A stretch of 64,000 nt of DNA. Source: an uncultured Ruminococcus sp. GTDB taxonomy: Bacteria > Bacillota > Clostridia > Oscillospirales > Acutalibacteraceae. Made by a program: the position numbers and the translations under genes. The stretch is from NCBI GenBank assembly GCA_902784855.1, contig CACZWQ010000002.1, positions 2,547-66,546 of the forward strand, in the 5' to 3' direction. Under the pieces are notes generated by a model that did not search any database, was not told the DNA's origin, and saw only the letters and a program-made list of their open reading frames with translations. Positions 1 through 7,403 of this stretch are shown here, one piece after another. Numbering within the stretch: position 1 is the stretch's first letter; the number at the start of each line of letters is the position of its first letter.

Positions 1-983
1 AGCGCGTCGCCCTCGACCACCTTGCTCGCCGCAAAGTGAAGCGGCAGCCCTGCGGCAAGCGCCTTGTCCTCGATCAGGTGGCGCACGGCATGCAGACAGC
101 GGTGCACCGCGCCGCCCTTCTCGTCCGCTTGACAGAAGTCCTGCCGCTGCGGCTTTTCCTGATAGTGCGCGATATGGATGGCGTGCTTGACCAGCTCCGC
201 CACGCCCTGATTCTTCGCGGCGGAGATCGGCACCACCGGCACGCCGAGCAGGGCTTCCAGCGCGTTGACGTCCACCGAGCCGCCGTTGGCGGTCAGCTCG
301 TCCATGATATTGAGCGCGATCACCACCGGGATGTCCATTTCCAGCAGCTGCATGGTGAGGTAGAGGTTGCGCTCGATGTTCGTTGCGTCGACGATGTTGA
401 TGATCGCCTTCGGCTTCTCGTCGAGCACGAAGCTGCGCGAGACGACCTCCTCGCTCGTGTAGGGCGACATCGAATAGATACCCGGCAAGTCGGTGATCAG
501 GGTGTTTTTATGGTTCTTGATGACGCCGTCCTTGCGGTCGACCGTGACCCCGGGAAAGTTGCCGACATGCTGATTCGCTCCCGTGAGCTGGTTGAACAGG
601 GTGGTCTTGCCGCTGTTCTGGTTGCCGACGAGCGCATAGGTCAGCAGCGTGCCGTCGGGAAGAGGCGAGCCGCTGCCCTTGGGGTGGAACCTGCCCCCCT
701 CGCCGAAGCCGGGATGATGGACCTTGGCGCCCTTGTGCGGTATGTCGCGATGCGGCTCCTCCGGCGGCGCGACCTCGATCTTCTCTGCGTCCGACAGCCG
801 AAGCGACAGCTCATAGCCGTGCAGCGTCAGCTGCATGGGGTCGCCCATCGGCGCCAGCTTCACCAGCGTGACCTCGGTGCCGGGGATAACGCCCATGTCG
901 AGGAAGTGCTGCCGAAGCACGCCCTCGCCGCCGACGGCGGTGATCTTGGCGGTCTGCCCGATTTTCAATTCCTTTAATTTCAT
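1..983 (-). CDS. feoB: Ferrous iron transporter FeoA-FeoB fusion (3' part outside window)
   Basis: Manual translation from ATG 983: MKLKELKIG...LRQHFLDMGVIPG...APMGDP (FeoA), then G1 GNQNSGKTT, GNFPGVTVD, DLPG and LNIMDE GTPase motifs. Not in the ORF track because no stop falls inside the window. Confidence 0.93.
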   Translation of the reverse strand, partial: MKLKELKIGQTAKITAVGGEGVLRQHFLDMGVIPGTEVTLVKLAPMGDPMQLTLHGYELSLRLSDAEKIEVAPPEEPHRDIPHKGAKVHHPGFGEGGRFHPKGSGSPLPDGTLLTYALVGNQNSGKTTLFNQLTGANQHVGNFPGVTVDRKDGVIKNHKNTLITDLPGIYSMSPYTSEEVVSRSFVLDEKPKAIINIVDATNIERNLYLTMQLLEMDIPVVIALNIMDELTANGGSVDVNALEALLGVPVVPISAAKNQGVAELVKHAIHIAHYQEKPQRQDFCQADEKGGAVHRCLHAVRHLIEDKALAAGLPLHFAASKVVEGDA

Positions 984-1004
984 CCGATTACCCCATTTAA
1001 TAAG

Positions 1005-1023
1005 TTAGTTTAGACTAACCTAA
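1005..1023. promoter_or_regulatory. DtxR/IdeR-family operator overlapping the feoAB promoter
   Basis: TTAGTTTAGACTAACCTAA matches the DtxR consensus TTAGGTTAGCCTAACCTAA at 17/19 and abuts the -10 box of an iron transporter gene. Confidence 0.75.
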
Positions 1024-1051
1024 TTATATCAAATCTCCCTTCCGCTGTCAA
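1023..1051 (-). promoter_or_regulatory. sigma-A promoter of feoAB
   Basis: Minus strand TTGACA (1046-1051), 17-nt spacer, TATAAT (1023-1028): perfect consensus. Confidence 0.85.
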
Positions 1052-1082
1052 GCAAAAAATGCTGCCTGCCGTTACGAAAAAG

Positions 1083-1109
1083 AAAAACCGGCTCATGTAA
1101 ATGAGCCGG
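1083..1109 (-). terminator. Intrinsic terminator of the cohesin-dockerin gene
   Basis: CCGGCTCAT-gtaa-ATGAGCCGG hairpin with an A-run on its left (U-tract on the minus strand), 20 nt past the stop. Confidence 0.75.
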
Positions 1110-1128
1110 CAGGTGATGAAAGTGTTGG

Positions 1129-2001
1129 TTAGAATTGGGTGATGATACCCGCGAGATAACGCTGGATCTCGGTGACGTCTCTGACGTTGATCACGCCGTC
1201 GCGGTTGGTGTCCGCGCGGTCAAGCTTGATACCGGGGGTATCGAACTCGGCGAGGTAGCGCAGCAGCATGGTCGCGTCGTCGATGGTGACCGAGCCGTTG
1301 CCGTCCACGTCGCCCGGCAGCACGCCGGGGTCAGCGCCCGAGGCGGCGGTGATGGCGGTCGTATAGGTCGCCTTTGCCTTGTTTTCGGCATTGACGGTCT
1401 TTTTCTCGATGGCGAAGTATTTCATATAGGGGAAACGCTCGTTTTCGTCGCAGAAGCTGAGGGTGTCAACGGTGCAGTTGACCTCAGTGGTGCCGGCGTT
1501 CTTGTTGAGTACCTTAAAGACAGCCTTGACCGCCGTGACGGGACCGGAGGGGTCGGCGTAGGCGTAGGCGGCGGGCTTGACCGAGGAGAAGTTGCCGATG
1601 ATCCTGCCGGCAGCTGTCTGCTTCACGGTTCCGGCGCCGAAGTTTTCCTCAGCGGCAAAGGGGAAGAAATCAATGATCTTGTTGCGTCCCACGGTGATTT
1701 GGTTGTATTCCTCTTTCCATTCGAGGACGGCGGAGTCATAGGTGAGCTCGTCGACGTCGATGTTGATCAGGGACATTTTCGGTGCGTTGAGCTTGTACTC
1801 CACGGTGACGAACATATCGCCGCTCGGGACCGTGACGGTTTCGGTTTTCGCGGCAAAGAAGTTGGATTTCGCGTTGACGGTGAAGCTTGCTCCGACGGGG
1901 TCAGCCGTTTCAGCCGCAGCAGCCGAGAAGAATGCGCACACGCTCAGAAGCATTACCGCAGCGAGAAAAACGGATAACGGTTTTTTCACGTTGAATTTCA
2001 T
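1129..2001 (-). CDS. Secreted cohesin-like domain + C-terminal dockerin protein (adaptor scaffoldin-like)
   Basis: Signal peptide ending AAAA; beta-rich domain (VNAKSNFF...VTVEY...LTYDSAVLEW...AVFKV) resembling ruminococcal cohesins; duplicated Ca-loops GDVDGNGSVTIDDAT and DTNRDGVINVRDVT. Confidence 0.75.
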   Translation of the reverse strand: MKFNVKKPLSVFLAAVMLLSVCAFFSAAAAETADPVGASFTVNAKSNFFAAKTETVTVPSGDMFVTVEYKLNAPKMSLINIDVDELTYDSAVLEWKEEYNQITVGRNKIIDFFPFAAEENFGAGTVKQTAAGRIIGNFSSVKPAAYAYADPSGPVTAVKAVFKVLNKNAGTTEVNCTVDTLSFCDENERFPYMKYFAIEKKTVNAENKAKATYTTAITAASGADPGVLPGDVDGNGSVTIDDATMLLRYLAEFDTPGIKLDRADTNRDGVINVRDVTEIQRYLAGIITQF

Positions 2002-2108
2002 AAGTGGTTCCTCCTATTTGATAAAAACTTATACTTATGCTTTTATTATATAATACTTTTCTGCATGTTGCAATCCAAAAAATCACCAATATATTTGTAA
2101 CATTTGTA

Positions 2109-2390
2109 CAACCGTGGCCACGGTTGGCAATCCGCGCGTGCGGGGGCGTGCTTGAGCGGATAAGTTTTGTTCCCGCGTTATCGCGTGGGTTTGATATTTG
2201 ACCGTTTATGCAAACGTCAGGTGCGCGGATTGGATGGAACGTCACGTTCCCGCGGATTGGATGGAACGTCACGTTCCCGCACGTTTGAGGGAGAAAAACA
2301 TTGATTCCCGCGCTCAACTTTGAACGCGGGAATAAAAGAATAATGATAAAGAAAACCTTGCACGCGCGGAGTGGATCAAACGTCACGTTT
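2109..2390. repeat. Modular palindromic repeat cluster, locus A
   Basis: CAATCCGCG at 2128 (+); its reverse complement at 2224, 2251 and 2365 (variant); CCCGCG hairpins at 2172-2189 and 2304-2333; exact 27-bp tandem duplication 2224-2277. Confidence 0.9.
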
Positions 2391-3095
2391 GTCACGTTTG
2401 CTGAGTTCTTGCAGGGTGACTTCGTAGCCTGCTTTTTCGTGGACCATCCAGGATGTTTCCGGCTCTCTGCCCAAGATCAGCTTGGCGAGATAGGCGAGAA
2501 AATGCGGGTTCTTGATCAAAACGGGACCCGTGAGGTGGGTGCCGAAAAGGTTGCGCTCGCGCAAGCCCTCGAACCTGCTGTCCGCGTTGTCGCCGAGACC
2601 CATCTGCACCTGAAAGAGGTGCTCCCTGATATCCGTCAGCTCGGTGCACTTGTTGACAAAGCCGACGAGCGGCTGCTCCAGAAAGTCGCAGGTATAGATC
2701 ACGTCGGAGGTCAGGCGGGTCTTGTTTTGAAGCTTCACATCAAAGCGGTACAGATTCATTCCCATCGTGATATCGCCGTGCCCGTCGCCGAGCTCCCTGC
2801 CGAGCATCTCAAAGGAATTGCCCGTCAGCAGCGCGACCTTGCCCGCGACGCTGACATACCTGTCGAACTCCGCGGTATGGTCGCGAAAATCCTCCAGCAC
2901 CACGCGCAGGTTCCGCTCGGTGCCCGAGCCGATGTACACAAAATCATACTGCGAGAAGTCCACCGAATCGCCGAGGGTCAGCCGGTCGACCGTCACCTGC
3001 TCGCCGCTCTTTTCGAGAATGCGCTTCATGGCGGAGACATTCGCGTAGTCGCCGTAGAGATTCATGATATCATAATAAAGATGTAACAGCTTCAT
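2376..3095 (-). CDS. gatD: Lipid II isoglutaminyl synthase, glutamine amidotransferase subunit
   Basis: CobQ-like GATase: MNLYGD.AN, YIGSG, GFVN, GTHLTGPVLIKNPH; directly downstream of murT. Confidence 0.85.
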   Translation of the reverse strand: MKLLHLYYDIMNLYGDYANVSAMKRILEKSGEQVTVDRLTLGDSVDFSQYDFVYIGSGTERNLRVVLEDFRDHTAEFDRYVSVAGKVALLTGNSFEMLGRELGDGHGDITMGMNLYRFDVKLQNKTRLTSDVIYTCDFLEQPLVGFVNKCTELTDIREHLFQVQMGLGDNADSRFEGLRERNLFGTHLTGPVLIKNPHFLAYLAKLILGREPETSWMVHEKAGYEVTLQELSKRDKRDV

Positions 3096-3096
3096 C

Positions 3097-4422
3097 TTAG
3101 TCCTCCTTTACCTTCACCAAAAACTTGCCCTTGTCGGAGAAGCAGGTGATGACATACAGATACTCGCTGCGGTCGCTGTTGAGATAGTCGGCGGCGCTGT
3201 CGATGTCCGAGAAGAGACGGATCTTCTCCTGCGGGATGTCGGTGTAGGAGAAGCGCACCGCCAGATCGTTGACATACTTGCCCGCGAGGACGATCTCATG
3301 GATATTCGGATGACCGAGCATTTCAAAATCGATATCGTAGAGCCACGACACGTCGCTCGTAAAATACTTTCTGCTGACCGCGTCGACGATGATCAGCACG
3401 TCGCAGCCTTCCTTGTGCGCGGCGGCGACGCGGAGAGACTGGTCATAGGAGATGGAGTTCTCGTGCTTGGAGGTCAGCATGGTGCCGTGCCGCTTGCCGA
3501 GGGTAAAGGTGATGACCCTGCCGTTTTTGAGGACGTAGTGGTTCATGTCGGCGGCGATCTTCGCGCCGTCGATGCCGACGATGGACGCGACGGTGTAAGC
3601 CGCGAGGATGTTGTAAATATTGTAGAGCGATTTGAGTGCGAGGGTGATCTCGTACTTGCCGTCGATGGTCATGACGCCGCGGTCGAGGTCGACGGCGGTA
3701 ATGGTATACTGCGTGTCGCGGCGGTGATAGCCGCAGGCGGTGCAGCGGTAGTGACCGATGTGGTTGTAGTGGTGGGTGGAATAGACCATGGGCGACTTAC
3801 AGACGGGGCAGTAGGCGCCGTCGTTGTAGACGCTGACGAGCTCCTCGGTATCGGAGGACAGCTTGTCCGCGCCGAAGCGGACGACATTGTCCCTGTCCTC
3901 GCCGAACGAGGAGACGAGCGGGTCGTCGGCGTTGAGGATCAGCTGCGTGCCGTCGGTGATGCTGTCGAGCAGGGCGTCATAGACCCACTCGGGATGTCCG
4001 TTGCGGGTGAGCTGGTCGCGGTAGAGGTTGGTGATGACATAGTGGGTGGGGCGGATATAGCGGAAGGTGTAGCGGGCAAAGCGCTCGTCGCTCTCGATGA
4101 GCAGGATATCCGCCTTGACCCTGCCGCCGAGGGTGGCGCTGTCGAGCACAAGGGTGGTGACGCCCTCGATCTGGTTGGAGCCCTCCTTGTTCCACGCGAC
4201 GGACTTGCCGTTTTGGGTGAGGATGTGGGCGATCATCTCGACGGTAGAGGTCTTGCCGTTACTGCCGGTGACGGCGATGATGTACCTGGGCAGCTCAATG
4301 CGGCTGAGGATATCGGGACAGAGCTTGAGCGCGACCTGTCCGGGCTTGCTGCTGCCCTTGCCGATGAGCTTGAGCGCAAAGCGCAGGAGCTTGCAGATCA
4401 GGATGGTTAAGGTTTTTTTCAT
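3097..4422 (-). CDS. murT: Lipid II isoglutaminyl synthase, MurT subunit (Mur ligase family, DUF1727)
   Basis: AVTGSNGKTST P-loop, ITNLYRDQLTRNG, LNADDP, CPVC/CTAC zinc finger, D.SWLYDIDFE; start placed at ATG 4422 from a GGAG RBS. Confidence 0.88.
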   Translation of the reverse strand: MKKTLTILICKLLRFALKLIGKGSSKPGQVALKLCPDILSRIELPRYIIAVTGSNGKTSTVEMIAHILTQNGKSVAWNKEGSNQIEGVTTLVLDSATLGGRVKADILLIESDERFARYTFRYIRPTHYVITNLYRDQLTRNGHPEWVYDALLDSITDGTQLILNADDPLVSSFGEDRDNVVRFGADKLSSDTEELVSVYNDGAYCPVCKSPMVYSTHHYNHIGHYRCTACGYHRRDTQYTITAVDLDRGVMTIDGKYEITLALKSLYNIYNILAAYTVASIVGIDGAKIAADMNHYVLKNGRVITFTLGKRHGTMLTSKHENSISYDQSLRVAAAHKEGCDVLIIVDAVSRKYFTSDVSWLYDIDFEMLGHPNIHEIVLAGKYVNDLAVRFSYTDIPQEKIRLFSDIDSAADYLNSDRSEYLYVITCFSDKGKFLVKVKED

Positions 4423-4749
4423 AAACATTATCTCCGTAATGATTGATTTCGATTCTATTATAAGCGCAATCGCCGCGATTTGCAAGTTTTTCGGCAGATT
4501 CGCTGCATTTTGCTTTTGGCATGCCGCATTATCCGCTGCGGGCAAGGCAGTGCCTTTCTGCAATATGCACAAATTTTATTCGTTGATTTTAAACGTTTTG
4601 CACAAAGAGCGTTTTGTCGTGCAGAGACTCGATTTTTTGCATAAAAGAATTATCTTTTTGTCGAATACATTTTGGTAATTGCTCGGATTGACTTTTTCCT
4701 CCGCTTTCCCTTACAATAGGAATGCATCAAACAGTAAAGGAGAATTGTG

Positions 4750-6180
4750 ATGTTTTGCGAAAAATGCGGATATAAAAATAACGATACGGCAAAATTTTGC
4801 GAGCGCTGCGGCGCGACGCTGAACGCGGCTCCCGCGCAGCCTGCCGAGGCACAGCCCGTGCAGCCTGCTCCCAAGAAGCCCATGAGCCCCAAGACAAAGA
4901 AGCTCCTTGTCATCGGCTCCGTCGCGGCGGCAGTCGTGGTCGTCGGTCTGATCGTGCTGTTCGCGGCGGTCATCCCCGCCATTCGGGACAGCAAGAAGGT
5001 CGACCTGACCAAGTACTATGTGCTCCGTTTCGACGGCGTCAGCGAGTATAACGAGCATCCCTCGCTGCCCGAGGGCAAGATCAGCGGCACCTTTGAGTGG
5101 GATTACGAGACCTTCGCCAAGGATCAGAAAATGTCGTCCTCCGATGCGCACACCCTGCTCTACGGCGTCGGCTCCGACGTCACCATCCGATACACCTACG
5201 GCTCGCAGAGCGAGACCTACAGCAGCAACTTCTACGACCTCAGCTCGGGCGACTCCATCGTCGTCTCGTACGAGTGGCCGAAGGAGCAGAAGGGCGGCTT
5301 ACAGATCGGCATGGGCAGCCTTGACTACATCAAGATGTACGAGAAGGAATACGGCGTAGAATTCCGTCATGAGGACAAGTTCGTCACCTACAAGCTCGCC
5401 GACGAGCTGAAAGCGAAAAATATCACGGTCGAGGCTCCCGTCGAAGCCGACCTGCTGCGCTATATCTCCGACAACAGCCTGATCGTCGAGGACGGCAAGG
5501 AGAGCGGCAAGGCAAGCGTCTCCGTCAAGCCCTTCGAGACCAAGTTCGGCGACTACACCTTCAAGCTGCAAAAGGATTCGCTGACCGTCGTCGTTGTCGA
5601 CAAGAACCATATCGAGACAGGCTCCGTCGTGCTCGTGTTCAGCGACCGCGAGAACCTCAAAAACGGCGACAAGATCGAGCTCGGCTACGACACCTACGAC
5701 AGAGAATATCTGGCGGAAAAGGGCGTCATCCTGCGCGGTGATACGATCACCTATACCGTCAAGGCGCCCGAGCCCACCACCGTCGCACCCACGACCGAGC
5801 CGGTGACCACCGAGCCGACTTCGACCGTTCCCGACACGACCGCCGCCGAGACGACTGCCCCCGCTGCGGAGGAATATCAGGAGGCGTATGTCCGCCACGC
5901 GGGCGATCACGACGTCTATTATCTCTTCGACACGGTCAACCGCAGATTCATCTCCTTTGCGACGAACGATCCCGCCGTAAAGGAAGGCACCTATACGGGC
6001 GAATTTGACGACGGCGCCGCGCTGCATATCCAAAAGCCCGCGGAAGCAAGCGAGACCTTCACCCATAAGGACGGCGCCAAGACCGCCTCGGTCACCGCAG
6101 AGGACGGCACCAAGACAGAGTTGGAGGTCTGCGATCTCGCGACAGCTCTGGAAGCGCTGAAAAAGCACCAAGGTCAATAA
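4750..6180 (+). CDS. Zinc-ribbon, single-pass membrane protein with extracellular domain and Pro/Thr linker
   Basis: N-terminal CEKCG...CERCG, hydrophobic TM (LLVIGSVAAAVVVVGLIVLFAAVI), PEPTTVAPTTEP linker; AAGGAG RBS. Confidence 0.8.
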   Translation: MFCEKCGYKNNDTAKFCERCGATLNAAPAQPAEAQPVQPAPKKPMSPKTKKLLVIGSVAAAVVVVGLIVLFAAVIPAIRDSKKVDLTKYYVLRFDGVSEYNEHPSLPEGKISGTFEWDYETFAKDQKMSSSDAHTLLYGVGSDVTIRYTYGSQSETYSSNFYDLSSGDSIVVSYEWPKEQKGGLQIGMGSLDYIKMYEKEYGVEFRHEDKFVTYKLADELKAKNITVEAPVEADLLRYISDNSLIVEDGKESGKASVSVKPFETKFGDYTFKLQKDSLTVVVVDKNHIETGSVVLVFSDRENLKNGDKIELGYDTYDREYLAEKGVILRGDTITYTVKAPEPTTVAPTTEPVTTEPTSTVPDTTAAETTAPAAEEYQEAYVRHAGDHDVYYLFDTVNRRFISFATNDPAVKEGTYTGEFDDGAALHIQKPAEASETFTHKDGAKTASVTAEDGTKTELEVCDLATALEALKKHQGQ

Positions 6181-6218
6181 CAACGCAAATACGCGATTGT
6201 GTGTTCTCCGGAACGCAG

Positions 6219-6246
6219 ACAGGTCGGCTCGATCGAGCCGACCTGT
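6219..6246. terminator. Hairpin terminator between convergent genes
   Basis: Perfect 13-bp inverted repeat ACAGGTCGGCTCG-at-CGAGCCGACCTGT. Confidence 0.7.
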
Positions 6247-6247
6247 T

Positions 6248-6724
6248 TCATTTCTCTGTTTCGTTTATAGAGTGTGCGTCCTGCGGCGATTCGATAATCA
6301 TCTGCAAATACGGCAGCAGGCGAAAGCCCATGCGCTCATACAGCCGCTTGGCACCGGCGTTGTCGTCCTCGACCTCGATGCGCAGGCGCGCGATGCCGGG
6401 GAGCGATTTGAGGTAGGCGAAGAAAGCCGTCGCCAGTCCTCTGCCGCGAAAGGCTTCGTCGATAAAGATCTCCTCGATCGTGACACAGACGCCGCCCGCC
6501 TCCTGCGAGAAGGTCTTGGACAGGAGCACGAAACCGCAGGGGGTGCCCGCATCCTCGAAGATGTAGCATTTCAAATAATCCGACGAGCGCATCAGCTCGC
6601 GAAAGGTCGCCTCCCAGTGCGAACGCGGCACGGGAGCCTCCACCGCGTCGCTGTGGTAGAACAGGTCGACGTAGTGCAGGTAAAGCGCTTTGTCATCGGG
6701 TGTGATCGGTCGAAAGTTTTTCAT
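6248..6724 (-). CDS. GNAT-family N-acetyltransferase
   Basis: IEEIFIDEAFRGRGLA acetyl-CoA motif A; N.GAKRLYERMGF motif B. Confidence 0.9.
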   Translation of the reverse strand: MKNFRPITPDDKALYLHYVDLFYHSDAVEAPVPRSHWEATFRELMRSSDYLKCYIFEDAGTPCGFVLLSKTFSQEAGGVCVTIEEIFIDEAFRGRGLATAFFAYLKSLPGIARLRIEVEDDNAGAKRLYERMGFRLLPYLQMIIESPQDAHSINETEK

Positions 6725-7374
6725 GGTTCATCACCTAAAATCGCTGCCGCCTCCTCCAAGCTTGTGCACAAAAGCGAGATCATCGGTTTGATCTCCTCGG
6801 TGGGCTGCAGGCAGTCGGGTACCATCACGGTCATCATCCCTGCCGCGCAGGCGGATTTGATGCCGTTGATGCTGTCCTCGAACGCCGCGCAGTCGGCGGG
6901 GTCGAGTCCCAGCCGCGCGGCGGCGGTGAGGAACACCTCCGGGTGCGGCTTGCCGTTGGTGACGTCCTCGCCGCAGACAAGGGCGTCAAAGTAATCGCTC
7001 ACGCCGGCGGTGCGCAGATTCAGCACGGCGGTGTGACGCGAGGTGGAGGTGGCAAGGGCGATCTTGACGCCGCGCTCCCGAAAGCGCTCGAGGATCGTAT
7101 ACAAGCCCTTTTTGACGGGAATGCCCTCGCGTTCGATGCGGCGCAGGTACATCGCGCGGCACTTTCCCGCAAGCTCCCAATAGGGAAAATCGTCTCCGTA
7201 GGTCGCGCGGTAAAACAGCTCGACCTCTTTTTTGCGCCTGCCGATGGTCTGACGGAACACCGAAAAGTCATAGGGCAGTCCCATCTCGTCCATGATGTGC
7301 TGCCAGTTCTCATACACCAGCCGTTCGGTGTCGAACATCAGCCCGTCCATATCAAAAATCGCGCCCTTGATCAT
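6721..7374 (-). CDS. HAD-family phosphatase (beta-PGM/CbbY-like)
   Basis: FDMDG motif I, ATST motif II, GKPHPE, AFEDS.NG motif IV. Confidence 0.9.
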   Translation of the reverse strand: MIKGAIFDMDGLMFDTERLVYENWQHIMDEMGLPYDFSVFRQTIGRRKKEVELFYRATYGDDFPYWELAGKCRAMYLRRIEREGIPVKKGLYTILERFRERGVKIALATSTSRHTAVLNLRTAGVSDYFDALVCGEDVTNGKPHPEVFLTAAARLGLDPADCAAFEDSINGIKSACAAGMMTVMVPDCLQPTEEIKPMISLLCTSLEEAAAILGDEP

Positions 7375-7403
7375 CTTATCCTCCCTGTCATGCGCCGGCT
7401 CTC

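Noticed and set aside
36-977. Long antisense or alternative-frame ORFs in the track (e.g. 36-977, 23883-26381, 26183-28240, 44340-46280, 47284-49212, 55375-57273, 61444-63207)
   Set aside because: They shadow well-supported genes on the opposite strand, a normal effect of high GC3 codon bias; no RBS or recognisable motifs.
2376-4422. murT-gatD as a novelty
   Set aside because: Well-characterised peptidoglycan amidation pair with canonical motifs.
4560-4670. Recurrent TGCACAAA/TGCATAAA words and a TGTCGAA (Spo0A-like) heptamer in the murT divergent region
   Set aside because: Short, irregularly spaced, and expected in AT-rich promoter DNA; no regulator can be supported.
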